From positions 223,930-287,929 of the forward strand of contig JAXLZS010000001.1 in assembly GCA_046350775.1 (NCBI GenBank): DNA of 64,000 nucleotides. Direction: 5' to 3'. Numbering within the stretch: the first letter of the stretch is position 1; every line of letters begins with the position of its first letter. The position numbers and the translations under genes were made by a program. The notes under the pieces are model-generated. The model worked only from the letters and a program-made list of their open reading frames with translations, made no database searches and was not told the origin of the DNA. Positions 28,652 through 38,374 of the stretch are shown one piece after another. The DNA is from Minisyncoccota bacterium. Lineage in GTDB: Bacteria > Patescibacteriota > Minisyncoccia > Phycocordibacterales > UBA5272.

Positions 28652-29362
28652 TTATCTGACAAAAACTTTCTCAACATAATTTTCCATTATTTCTTTAAAT
28701 TCTTCCATTTCTTCTTTATTACAACCTTTTCTTTTTGAATATTCTTTATTGTTTAAATCATCTTCTGGATGAAATTCTTGAAGATAATATTTACTTGAAC
28801 CTTTTATCATATTTCCAATTTTTTCAAAATCAGTTTTATCAAGATCTCCGGCGACGATAGTAGTCCGAAATTCATAATCAAAATTTTTATTTTCTTTTTT
28901 ATGGTCTTTTAAAATTTTAATGCTTTCTGAAATTAAATTTGGATCAAAATGTGAATTTGTTATCTTTTGATATTTTTCCAAAGGAGCTTTTATGTCCATA
29001 GCTACGTAATCCACATTTCCTTCTTTTAAAATCTGCTCTAAAAATTTTGGAGAGCTGCCTTGCGTATCCAGCTTTACAGCAAAACCTAAATCTTTTATTT
29101 TTTTAATAAATAAATTTAAATCTTTATGAAGAGTTGGCTCACCGCCAGTGACCACAACTCCATCTAGCAAACCTTTTCTTTCTTCTAAAAAATTAAAAAA
29201 ATCTTCTTCTTTTAATAATTCTTTTGAAAATCTTTCGTGCAGAACTAAAGATGGATTGTAGCAAAAATCACAGCGAAAATTACAACCAAGAGTAAAAACA
29301 ATACAAGAAATTTTTCCCGGAAAGTCTATCAAACTATTTTTTTGTAATCCAGCTAATAACAT
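28652..29362 (-). CDS. nrdG: Anaerobic ribonucleotide reductase activase (radical SAM)
   Basis: SLIDFPG, GCNFRCDFCYN (CxxxCxxC), TGGEPT, YEFRTT; directly downstream of nrdD. Confidence 0.92.
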   Translation of the reverse strand: MLLAGLQKNSLIDFPGKISCIVFTLGCNFRCDFCYNPSLVLHERFSKELLKEEDFFNFLEERKGLLDGVVVTGGEPTLHKDLNLFIKKIKDLGFAVKLDTQGSSPKFLEQILKEGNVDYVAMDIKAPLEKYQKITNSHFDPNLISESIKILKDHKKENKNFDYEFRTTIVAGDLDKTDFEKIGNMIKGSSKYYLQEFHPEDDLNNKEYSKRKGCNKEEMEEFKEIMENYVEKVFVR

Positions 29363-29414
29363 AATTTAGTATTAAAAATAAAAATTATTTTTATTTAAGA
29401 AATAAGAAACTTTA

Positions 29415-31571
29415 TTAATTCAAAACTTTTTTAGTTGGAAGATTGAAAGTTGATCTTTTTGAAAATTCATTTCTCTTCGCATCATTCCAAAGATGAACTG
29501 GTCTAAGATAGCCTACTATTCTGCTGTACACTTCGCATTCCTCTCCGCATTTTTCGCAAGATTTATGCTCTCCAGAGAGATATCCACATTTAACGCAAAC
29601 GGAAAAAGTCGGAGTCAGACTAAAATATGGAAGATGATAATTTTCACAAATCTTTTTCACGAGTGCCGGGACCATTTTTTTGTCATGAATCTGCTCTCCT
29701 AAAAATAAATGTATAACAGTACCCCCCGTATAAAGAGTTTGAAGTTTATCTTGCTTACCAAGATTTTCAAAAATATCATCAGTATAAGATACTGGAAGTT
29801 GAGAAGAGTTTGTGTAAAATGGAGTCCCATCGCCTTGATTTGCAGTTTTGATTAATGGATAAAGCTCTGTATCTTTTTTTGATAATCTATAAGTGACCCC
29901 TTCGGCTGGAGTAGCTTCAAGATTATACATATTTCCTGTCTCCTCTTGAAATTCTACCAAAACTTCTCTCATAAAGACTAAAATATCTTCCGCGAAAAGA
30001 TTTCCTTTTTCTGTGCCAAGATCTACACCTAAAAGATTTTCTGCCGCCTCATTTAATCCTACTAGACCTATTGTCGAAAAATGATTTACCCAATATTTTC
30101 CAAAATTATTTTTGATATTTCTTAAATAAAATTTTGTATAAGGATAGAGATTTTTATCTGTAAGATCTTCTATGACTTTTCTTTTTATTTCAAGACTCTC
30201 TTTTGCAAGAATCATTTTTTCTTTTAATTTTATTTTAAATTCTTCTACATTTTTAGAAAGATATCCCAGTCTTGGCATATTTATTGTTACTACCCCCATA
30301 CTACCAGTGAGGGCATTCGCCCCAAAAAGACCCCCACCTCTTCTTGAAAGCTCATTTAAATCTAATCTCAATCTGCAACACATACTTCTTGCATCTTCTG
30401 GCTTCATATCTGAATTCATAAAATTTGAGAAATATGGTATTCCGTATTTTGCAGTTATTTCCCAAAGACCATTTAAATTTTCATTTTCAAAATCAAAATC
30501 TTTTCCAATATTTACAGTTGGAATTGGGAATGAAAAAACTCTTCCAGAAGCATCTCCCTTATGTAAAACCTCAAAAAAAGCCTTATTGAAAATATTCATT
30601 TCCGATTGAAAATCTGAATAATTTTCTTTTTTAAATTCTCCTCCAATTACGACAGGCATATCTTTAAAATTTGGAGAAACTAAAAGATCTAGAGTCACAT
30701 TTGAAAATGGAGTTTGAAATCCTACCCTGGTTGGCACATTCATGTTGAATATGAATTCTTGTATTGCTTGTTTTACTTCAGAAAAAGATAAATTATCGTA
30801 GCGAATAAAAGGTGCTAATAATGTATCAAAATTTGATAATGCGATAGCGCCTGCGGCCTCACCTTGCATCGTATAAACAAAATTTACAATTTGACCAAGA
30901 GCTGTACGAAAATGTCTAGCTGGAGCTGAAGCGACTTTCCCTTTGACCCCATGAAAACCTTCTTTAAGTAAATCAAACAAATCCCAACCTACACAATAGA
31001 CAGCGAGAGTGTTTAGATCGTGTATATGAAAGTCTGCATTAAGATGAGCTTCACGGATTTCTTTTGGATACAAATTATTTAGCCAATAGACTTTACTCAC
31101 CTCTGAAGCAATATAATTATTCAAACCTTGCAAAGAATAGTCCATGTTGCTATTTTCTTTGACTTGCCAATCATTTTTTGAAGTGTATTGATTGATTAGA
31201 TCAATACTACTTTCTGCTTTCATCTCTCTCAAGATACGATGCTGATCACGATACAAAATATATGCCTTGGCAGTAGATCTGTATTTTGAACTCATAAGAG
31301 TATCTTCTACCAAATCCTGTACTTCTTCAATATTAAAAGTCTTTTTATTTTTCTCTAGTAAATTTAAAATAACTTTCTGAGTCAAAAAAGAGGCTTTTCT
31401 TTCGTCAAATTCTTTTGTGGCTTCGCCAGCTTTTTGTATTGCGATATTTATTTTCTCTTGAGAAAATTTTTGTCTACGACCATCTCTTTTCTTTACAAAA
31501 AAATTATCAGTGTTGATAGATATTTTATTAAGATTGCTTCTAGATTTATTTTTTGAGTGTTTATTTGGCAT
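29415..31571 (-). CDS. nrdD: Class III ribonucleoside-triphosphate reductase with ATP cone
   Basis: VKKRDGR ATP cone, HIHDL...YC, SMCCRL, EATPAEG, YTNS, CxxC..CxxC, YSRIVGYLRP glycyl-radical motif. Confidence 0.96.
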   Translation of the reverse strand: MPNKHSKNKSRSNLNKISINTDNFFVKKRDGRRQKFSQEKINIAIQKAGEATKEFDERKASFLTQKVILNLLEKNKKTFNIEEVQDLVEDTLMSSKYRSTAKAYILYRDQHRILREMKAESSIDLINQYTSKNDWQVKENSNMDYSLQGLNNYIASEVSKVYWLNNLYPKEIREAHLNADFHIHDLNTLAVYCVGWDLFDLLKEGFHGVKGKVASAPARHFRTALGQIVNFVYTMQGEAAGAIALSNFDTLLAPFIRYDNLSFSEVKQAIQEFIFNMNVPTRVGFQTPFSNVTLDLLVSPNFKDMPVVIGGEFKKENYSDFQSEMNIFNKAFFEVLHKGDASGRVFSFPIPTVNIGKDFDFENENLNGLWEITAKYGIPYFSNFMNSDMKPEDARSMCCRLRLDLNELSRRGGGLFGANALTGSMGVVTINMPRLGYLSKNVEEFKIKLKEKMILAKESLEIKRKVIEDLTDKNLYPYTKFYLRNIKNNFGKYWVNHFSTIGLVGLNEAAENLLGVDLGTEKGNLFAEDILVFMREVLVEFQEETGNMYNLEATPAEGVTYRLSKKDTELYPLIKTANQGDGTPFYTNSSQLPVSYTDDIFENLGKQDKLQTLYTGGTVIHLFLGEQIHDKKMVPALVKKICENYHLPYFSLTPTFSVCVKCGYLSGEHKSCEKCGEECEVYSRIVGYLRPVHLWNDAKRNEFSKRSTFNLPTKKVLN

Positions 31572-31718
31572 ATATTTAAACTAATTAATTATTGAGAAAG
31601 ATCTCATCAAATTTATAAGAAATTTAAAAAACGCCCACTCGTTTTTATACTTTCATAATAACACCATTTAAAAAAACGCTGATAAAAATCTAAAAACCCT
31701 TTTAATATTAGTGATATG

Positions 31719-31727
31719 TTATCCACA
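31719..31727 (+). promoter_or_regulatory. Perfect DnaA box upstream of nrdD
   Basis: TTATCCACA in the intergenic region about 150 nt upstream of the nrdD start. Confidence 0.5.
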
Positions 31728-31832
31728 GGGATTGACTTCTAAAGATATATATTTCTTTTATTGCTATCTATAAAAATAGATACACAAAATAAAACCCACC
31801 TTGTTGGTGGGTATCTAGGAATATATTTTTTA

Positions 31833-32069
31833 TTATTTTATTCCTAATTGTTTTTCTTTTGCGGCAATAAGGCTATCTATTTTTTTATAGCCATCACACT
31901 CCTTTTGAACAGAGTCAGATATGACCTGAGACAAATCTAACTTAATCTGTTTTAAGGCCGAAACCTCTTTTCGAGATTTTTCTTCATAAAACGAGGCTCT
32001 GACATTAAGGCCCGAAATGAAAGAAAGAACGATTAATAAAAAATACAAAAACAGGATTTTAATCTTCAT
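31833..32069 (-). CDS. Orphan small secreted/membrane protein
   Basis: 78 aa with a hydrophobic N-terminus. Promoter TTGACT/TATTAT (~32140-32112); terminator ACCCACC..GGTGGGT (~31794-31812). Confidence 0.55.
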   Translation of the reverse strand: MKIKILFLYFLLIVLSFISGLNVRASFYEEKSRKEVSALKQIKLDLSQVISDSVQKECDGYKKIDSLIAAKEKQLGIK

Positions 32070-32144
32070 TTTTCAAGATTTAAGTATAAAAGAATAGGAT
32101 TTACAATTACAATAATACACTAAAATATTAATTTAGTCAATGGT

Positions 32145-33422
32145 TTAGATATTTCTCTTTTCTTTATAATTCCATAAAAATATTGCCGCTAAAATTAAGA
32201 AAAATGCAGAAAAATAAAATGGTGCAGAATAAGAAAAATAAGCTGCCACAAATCCTCCGAGAATCGGAGCGATGACTTGAGCTAAAGATTGAACCGAAGA
32301 AGTGATGCCAAAGATTTTCCCCCTATCACCTTCTGTCGCATGATCAGCGATAGCTACGTTTGTGTTGACCATATTGAGACCAATAAATATCACCATGATA
32401 AAAACAAATACCAAAAGTACGTAAATATTATTTATAAAAGCTCCGTAGATAACAAATAAAAAAGCTAAAACTGGTAGAGAAAAACTCAAGATTTTCTCAG
32501 GAGACAGATTTTTAAATCTTGGAATTATAAATATTTGAATTATGGTCATCAATATACCAGTATAAGCAAAATAATAACCAATACTTTTTTCATCAAAACC
32601 AAATCTTAAAGATAATAGATTTTGAGAGAAGCTGCTATACATGCCAAAACCAATAAAGAATATTAACATTACATTAAAAAATACACGAAGATTTCCAATC
32701 TTATAACCATCTCTGATTATCTTTAAAGAATTGAATGGATGTAAACTTTTAAGAGAAAACTTTTTATGAGCATGATCTTCGTGTCCCACATTTACAGTTT
32801 CAAATAAAAATTTATTTATAATAAAAACAGCAATCAAAGAAAGTAATCCTGCAAATATAAATGGAGTAGCAGGAGTAAAAAAATGTGAGACATCAGAAGA
32901 TGATAGCATACCACCTATCCATGGCCCAAGTATAAAAGCAATACCCATGACAGAAGATCTGCGAGCAATATTTTTTGCTCTCTCTTCTTTTGAAGAGACA
33001 TCTATGGTAGAGGCCTGCATGACAGAAATATTTCCACCTGTTATACCATCCACGATTCTAGATAAAAATAATATCCAGATATTGTGTTCATATATAGCAA
33101 GAGCAAAAAGAAAAAATCCAATAGCAGATCCAAAAAATGATATGTTTAAAATTTTTTTTCTTCCATAATAATCAGACAATTCGCCAAGTACCGGAGAAGA
33201 TAAAAATACAAAAACAGCATAAATGGCTAACAATAATCCTTGCAATATAAAAGAGTAATGATCTGATATATAGCTAGGCAAAATATAAAAAGGATTCGTT
33301 TTGTTTATAAAAAGTGTAGGGATAATAGGAATAAGTATAGAATATCCTAGCATGTTTAAAAACATCAAAACTGTCAGCGCTGAAAGATGTCTTTTCTTTT
33401 GAGAATTATTAAGATTTAGCAT
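32145..33422 (-). CDS. MFS transporter, TetA/DHA1-like
   Basis: GELSDYYGRKK (motif A), SRIVDGITGG, GFILGP.IGG-type motif C; about 12 TM. Confidence 0.9.
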   Translation of the reverse strand: MLNLNNSQKKRHLSALTVLMFLNMLGYSILIPIIPTLFINKTNPFYILPSYISDHYSFILQGLLLAIYAVFVFLSSPVLGELSDYYGRKKILNISFFGSAIGFFLFALAIYEHNIWILFLSRIVDGITGGNISVMQASTIDVSSKEERAKNIARRSSVMGIAFILGPWIGGMLSSSDVSHFFTPATPFIFAGLLSLIAVFIINKFLFETVNVGHEDHAHKKFSLKSLHPFNSLKIIRDGYKIGNLRVFFNVMLIFFIGFGMYSSFSQNLLSLRFGFDEKSIGYYFAYTGILMTIIQIFIIPRFKNLSPEKILSFSLPVLAFLFVIYGAFINNIYVLLVFVFIMVIFIGLNMVNTNVAIADHATEGDRGKIFGITSSVQSLAQVIAPILGGFVAAYFSYSAPFYFSAFFLILAAIFLWNYKEKRNI

Positions 33423-33461
33423 AATTTAAAATACAAAAAATGAAAGAACATTATAACAGAT

Positions 33462-33779
33462 TTATTCCCAAAAAATAAATATTAAAGAAATTAAACCTAA
33501 AAATACACCGATCATCTGAATAGTAGAAATATCTTCTTTATAAAAGAATACACCCAATATTGTAGCAACCACAGCTGAAGATATGGAAAATATTATAGCC
33601 CCTTTTGTAAGACCAGATCCATTTTTAAGAGCAAAAAGCCAAAAAACATTCGCCAACATATAACCCAACAAAGAAAAACTAGCTAAATACCAGCCGCCCC
33701 TTAATGACCAATTTTTTGCTAATATGTCTGCTACCATTTCAAAAAATACTAAAATACTGAGAGGTAAAATCCATTTCAT
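33462..33779 (-). CDS. SMR/DMT-family small membrane transporter
   Basis: 105 aa, 4 TM, membrane Glu in TM1 (FFEMVAD), GVFFYKE.IS..Q.IG. Confidence 0.75.
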   Translation of the reverse strand: MKWILPLSILVFFEMVADILAKNWSLRGGWYLASFSLLGYMLANVFWLFALKNGSGLTKGAIIFSISSAVVATILGVFFYKEDISTIQMIGVFLGLISLIFIFWE

Positions 33780-33784
33780 AAATA

Positions 33785-34861
33785 TTAAATAATCTTTGCG
33801 ACTTTTGTGACATGATCGACCAACGTCTGAGTGTAGCCGATCTCATTATCATACCAAGCGAGGACTTTTACTAGATTTCCATCGACAACTTTCGTCATTT
33901 TTAAATCAGCGATAGATGCAAAGCGAAGACCTTGTATATCTGTCGAGACGAGCTCTTCATTTGAAACAGCAAAAATATTTTTCCATCTTTCTGTATGAGA
34001 AGCGTTTTCTAAAATACGATTTATTTCTTCTACACTAGTATTTCTTTTAGAAATAAAAGTGATATCAGCGATACTTCCTGCCACGCTTGGTACACGAATA
34101 GATATACCGTCAAATAGACCTTCTAATTTTGTAAAAGCTTTTGTCACTGCTATAGCAGCACCCGTAGTACTTGGCACAATATTTTGTGCGCCAGCTCTAC
34201 CTTCTCGCCAATCTTTTTTATTTGGACCATCGACTATACTCTGTGATGCAGTATATGAATGCACAGTATTAAGTATTGCCTTTTCTATACCTATTGCCTC
34301 ATCAAGTATGGCGATTACTGGTGAAGCTGAGTTTGTAGTACAAGAAGCATTACTTGTGATCTCGACATCTTTTAATTTTTCTTCATTGAGGCCCATGAGT
34401 ACAGTCTCACTATGATACATACCATTTTTCTCATCTTTGCTTGGAGCTGATATGACGACTCTCTTTGCGCCTGACTCTATATGAAAATGTGATTTGTCAG
34501 CACTGACAAAAAGCCCTGTACATTCTACAACAATATCGACACTGTATTTTGACCAGATCTTATTTTGAATAAAATTGTTTGTATCTTTTTCACTTATAAA
34601 AGCTATCTTTTTAGTATTTCCATTTTGAAGTGTTAAGATTAAATATTTCTCTGTTTCATTTACTATCTGACTTTCAATATTTTTAAAAATCTTTTGATGA
34701 TAAACAGAGTCATGCTTGAGAAGATAAATCATGTTTTCAATATCGCCAAGATCATTGATAGTAACTATCTCTATATTTCTACTAGCCTTTTCATCAGTCA
34801 GGGCCAACTTCAAAAAAGCGCGACCAATCCTCCCAAATCCATTTATTGCAACTTTTTTCAT
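33785..34861 (-). CDS. gap: Glyceraldehyde-3-phosphate dehydrogenase, type I
   Basis: AINGFGRIGR, ECTG.F, SNASCTTN, TGAA.AV, WYDNE.GY. Confidence 0.96.
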   Translation of the reverse strand: MKKVAINGFGRIGRAFLKLALTDEKASRNIEIVTINDLGDIENMIYLLKHDSVYHQKIFKNIESQIVNETEKYLILTLQNGNTKKIAFISEKDTNNFIQNKIWSKYSVDIVVECTGLFVSADKSHFHIESGAKRVVISAPSKDEKNGMYHSETVLMGLNEEKLKDVEITSNASCTTNSASPVIAILDEAIGIEKAILNTVHSYTASQSIVDGPNKKDWREGRAGAQNIVPSTTGAAIAVTKAFTKLEGLFDGISIRVPSVAGSIADITFISKRNTSVEEINRILENASHTERWKNIFAVSNEELVSTDIQGLRFASIADLKMTKVVDGNLVKVLAWYDNEIGYTQTLVDHVTKVAKII

Positions 34862-35086
34862 AGTACTAGTTTGTATTTATATATTGATTTTAACATGAAA
34901 AAATAAGTGAAATTATAACTTGACAAAGATATTGTATTATGCTATACTGAGATTAGATAGATCTTTGTGAAAATTTCGTTATTTTTGTTTGAGTTTTTAA
35001 TCTTTTGGAAGTCATCAGAGTGATGAATTAATTTTATCTTTGTGATGACTTTCAAACCATTTAAAAACAATAAAAAACAAATTATC

Positions 35087-35974
35087 ATGAAAAAAATTTT
35101 TGTATTCTTCGCTTTGATTTTTGCAAATCTGATTACTTTCACCAGCTGTAAAAGTCCCATCTGGGACCGTGAGCCAGTTGATACCACTTATGCGATTGGA
35201 TTTCCTTTACAGGAATTCCACAAACTTGGTGAAGCTGGTGACACCGCAACTCAAAGGATGCTGGTCAACCAGTACAGAAAACAATTGACACGCAATGTAA
35301 TGTCGCACTATCAGTGCGTCACCAACGAAAAAAATGTTAAATTTGTTTTCGGATCCGGCAAAGTTGATAAAGTTTTGTCTGGTGATGGAAAAGCTTACGG
35401 CGGTAAATTTAAGAATGAATTAATTTTCATTATTGATGATCCGTGTGCTAAGGACACAGTATTCCTCGCCTGTGGCAATGGAATGCTTTCACCGATTCAT
35501 TGGTCAAGCCAGTCCGACTGGGGCCATGCTGAAAAATGCAGGTTTGTAGTGGAAGATGGTCAATCTTTGGCATACTTCCTTCCTCGATTGAAAGATTGGG
35601 GCGTGCGGGCTGAAGAATTAGGTTTGCCGATCGCCAACTCTAAAGGTAAAATTGTAGATGATAAAATCTACATGAATTATCTTGGAAAATGGTGGAGTGA
35701 TCACCTATTCAAAGGCGATGTGATTGATCTTTGTGAAAAGAAAATCACAAACCACTCTGGTCAAAAGGTAGACTTCGAAAGAAGACTACTGGAGACCAAA
35801 AAAGCAAATCGAGCGATCCTTGATGCAAAAATTATTGAAGTGAAATATAAACTTCAAAAAATTTCCGCACTGCATCCAAAAGGAAAGCCAGCGAAGCTGG
35901 CTAAGCAAAAAAGATTAAAAGAATTGAAAGCCGAATTATTTAAACTTCAATCCGAAAGGAAGAGGTTGAAATAA
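35087..35974 (+). CDS. Orphan putative lipoprotein with Lys-rich C-terminal coiled coil
   Basis: Likely start ATG 35087: MKKIFVFFALIFANLITFTSC (lipobox-like). Visibly higher GC than its neighbours. Promoter TTGACA 34920 / TG-n-TATACT 34943. Confidence 0.75.
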   Translation: MKKIFVFFALIFANLITFTSCKSPIWDREPVDTTYAIGFPLQEFHKLGEAGDTATQRMLVNQYRKQLTRNVMSHYQCVTNEKNVKFVFGSGKVDKVLSGDGKAYGGKFKNELIFIIDDPCAKDTVFLACGNGMLSPIHWSSQSDWGHAEKCRFVVEDGQSLAYFLPRLKDWGVRAEELGLPIANSKGKIVDDKIYMNYLGKWWSDHLFKGDVIDLCEKKITNHSGQKVDFERRLLETKKANRAILDAKIIEVKYKLQKISALHPKGKPAKLAKQKRLKELKAELFKLQSERKRLK

Positions 35975-36094
35975 TTTCAGGAAAATTCTTTGGCGAAATG
36001 TCTCTACATTTCGCCACACTATTTAGATTATAAAAATATTTTGTAGTCTAATCGTGTAAACAATATTGTTCATTAAAACCAAAATATATTGCAA

Positions 36095-36799
36095 ATGAAA
36101 AATTATTTTTTCTTTTTTTTACTTTTTTCTATACTTTGTTTTTCTTGTAAAAATAATGAGAGTAAAGACGACAAAAATCCTAAAAGGAAAAAAGTTGTTG
36201 GCATTGATGTTTCTCACAATCAAGGAAAAATCGACTGGGCAAAATTAGCTAATCAAAAAAATTATAAAGTAAAATTTGCTATTATCAGATCTACTATGGG
36301 TGATGATAGACAAGACAAAAACTTTACTTACAATTTTAGAGAAGCTAAAAGGTTTGGATTATTAGTTGGTACATACCACTATTATGATCCAAATGAAAAT
36401 AGTAAAAAGCAAGCTAAAAATTATTTAAGAAACTCAAAACAAGGAGAGAACGACATTCTTCCTGTGCTAGATATCGAGAAGCTAAGTAGAATTCAACCAA
36501 AAAAGAGACTTCTGAAAGGAATATCCAATTGGCTCCAAATTGTAGAAGAAGAGACTGGTTATAAACCAATAATTTATACCGGATTATCTTTTTATAAAGA
36601 TTATTTAGCAAAAGATTTTGCTGATTATCCATATTGGATAGCCAGCTATTCAGATCACAGGAATGGTGACGATGTAGTCTTGTCAGCTAATATACATCAA
36701 TTTTCAGAATCCAAATGGATTAAAGGTTTGCACAAGAAAACCAAGATTGATGTGAATGTAGTTGATACAGGAAGACTTTATCTTGTGTTGAGAAAATAA
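36095..36799 (+). CDS. GH25 muramidase (lysozyme), lipoprotein-type signal
   Basis: GIDVSHNQG.IDW, GTYHYY, PVLDIE (DxE), PIIYT, WIASY, QFS, DVN; signal ILCFSC. Confidence 0.9.
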   Translation: MKNYFFFFLLFSILCFSCKNNESKDDKNPKRKKVVGIDVSHNQGKIDWAKLANQKNYKVKFAIIRSTMGDDRQDKNFTYNFREAKRFGLLVGTYHYYDPNENSKKQAKNYLRNSKQGENDILPVLDIEKLSRIQPKKRLLKGISNWLQIVEEETGYKPIIYTGLSFYKDYLAKDFADYPYWIASYSDHRNGDDVVLSANIHQFSESKWIKGLHKKTKIDVNVVDTGRLYLVLRK

Positions 36800-36807
36800 T
36801 TCCAAAA

Positions 36808-36843
36808 AACCGGATCGTCGTAAGATGAACCGGTTGTTTTTTT
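36808..36843. terminator. Terminator between convergent genes
   Basis: AACCGG-ATCGTC-GTAA-GATGA-ACCGGTT followed by a T run. Confidence 0.7.
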
Positions 36844-36863
36844 ATTTAATATTTTTATTTTCA

Positions 36864-37241
36864 CTATTTAACTAAATCTCCTAAGTAAAAATTTGGAAGT
36901 AATCCCTTTGCTCTTGGATCCATACCGTGTTGTCCATCAAATAATTCTGATCCGTCTTTACCACAGATAGCCAATATAGCATCTGCTCCGCCTGGATGCT
37001 TTGAAATGAAGCTAGTCAAATCATAGACTTTTCCTTCAATAGTTGACCAACAGCTATCTTTTGAATTATGACTTGAAATATCTGATAGAGTTATAGTTGT
37101 AGAAGCTTGACTTTGGACATTACTAGCGACCTGACCATTATCTAGATATTTATAAGAATTTCTACTTACTGATTTATTAAAAAATAAAACTCCCAAGACT
37201 ATTAATACTATTATGATGAAAATCCAAATTATTTTTTTCAT
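36864..37241 (-). CDS. Cytochrome b5-like heme-binding membrane protein
   Basis: HNS..SCW..IEGKVYDLT.FI.KHPGG...GKDG..LF..QH. Likely start MKKIIW at 37241. Confidence 0.9.
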   Translation of the reverse strand: MKKIIWIFIIIVLIVLGVLFFNKSVSRNSYKYLDNGQVASNVQSQASTTITLSDISSHNSKDSCWSTIEGKVYDLTSFISKHPGGADAILAICGKDGSELFDGQHGMDPRAKGLLPNFYLGDLVK

Positions 37242-37303
37242 ATTGTTTTTATATATTATAAATATTATCTTACCATAAAAAACATTCAAAATATAAAATA
37301 TTT

Positions 37304-38374
37304 TTAAATAAGAGATATTTTACCAATTTCTACTTTTGTACCTACCATTTCTTCACTTTTTATTTTAATAGACCAACCATAGCTTTTTACCAGATCACTG
37401 ACTATGGCGAGGCCAATCCCCGTGCCAGATATTTCCCCCTCTACATTTTCTCCTCTAAAAAATCTCTCACTGACCTTACTAAGATCTTTTTTTCTAATAC
37501 CGATACCAGAATCTTCCACTGAAAACTTCAGCTTATAACTAAAATTACTTTTATATTTTTCTAATACTATTTTCACTTCTCCTTGTTTAGTAAATTTAAA
37601 ACTATTCGAAATTAGGTTTGTAAAAATTCTTTCAAGATGAAGCTTGTTGACTTTGATTTTTTTGTCTAGATCTTTTTCATTAAAATTATCTTCTAAAATT
37701 AATCTTACATTTTCATCTTTATTATTGGATAGATTTTTAATCACTTTCTCTAAAAGGTATTTAATTTGAGCTATAGATATATTTTCGACTTTATCTTCAC
37801 TATATTTTACTCTAGCCTCAAAAAGTAGATCATCGATCAGAGTCACTATACCTTTTATTTCAGAGTCTATAGAAGAGACACCATTTTCAATATTATTCAA
37901 AAGATTTTTATCAGAGAAAGAGTTTTTATTTTTCTCGAGCTTGTCTAAAAGTATCTCTGAGTGCATATTCATAATAGAAAGTGGGGTACGAAGTTCGTGT
38001 GACACATTCTCAGCAAATCTTTTTTGAACATTTGAGAGATACTCGATTGGCGCCAACATCTTTTTGACCAATCTATCAAAAAAGAATACTGACAAGACGA
38101 ATACCACCACGTCTAAAACTATTAAAAGAAATATAGTCTGCTCGCGAAAATCTGAAAAGAGTTTATCGGCATTGATATAATTTGCCACACCAGAATTTTT
38201 AAAGACCGGAGAAATCTGATAAATAAGATCCAGAGTCAAAAGACGATAAATTGTGTAAGAAAAAATACTTAATATAGCAAAGACAAAAAGAGAAGCTATG
38301 ATGTCCAGCTTAAATCTAGTAGAAGTAAAAAGATTTTCTTTTATATTATTAGATTTGGTTTTCATTTTAATCAA
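37304..38374 (-). CDS. Sensor histidine kinase
   Basis: Two TM segments, SHELRTPL (H box), NLISNSFKF, DSGIGI, GTGIGLAIV. Confidence 0.95.
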   Translation of the reverse strand: MIKMKTKSNNIKENLFTSTRFKLDIIASLFVFAILSIFSYTIYRLLTLDLIYQISPVFKNSGVANYINADKLFSDFREQTIFLLIVLDVVVFVLSVFFFDRLVKKMLAPIEYLSNVQKRFAENVSHELRTPLSIMNMHSEILLDKLEKNKNSFSDKNLLNNIENGVSSIDSEIKGIVTLIDDLLFEARVKYSEDKVENISIAQIKYLLEKVIKNLSNNKDENVRLILEDNFNEKDLDKKIKVNKLHLERIFTNLISNSFKFTKQGEVKIVLEKYKSNFSYKLKFSVEDSGIGIRKKDLSKVSERFFRGENVEGEISGTGIGLAIVSDLVKSYGWSIKIKSEEMVGTKVEIGKISLI

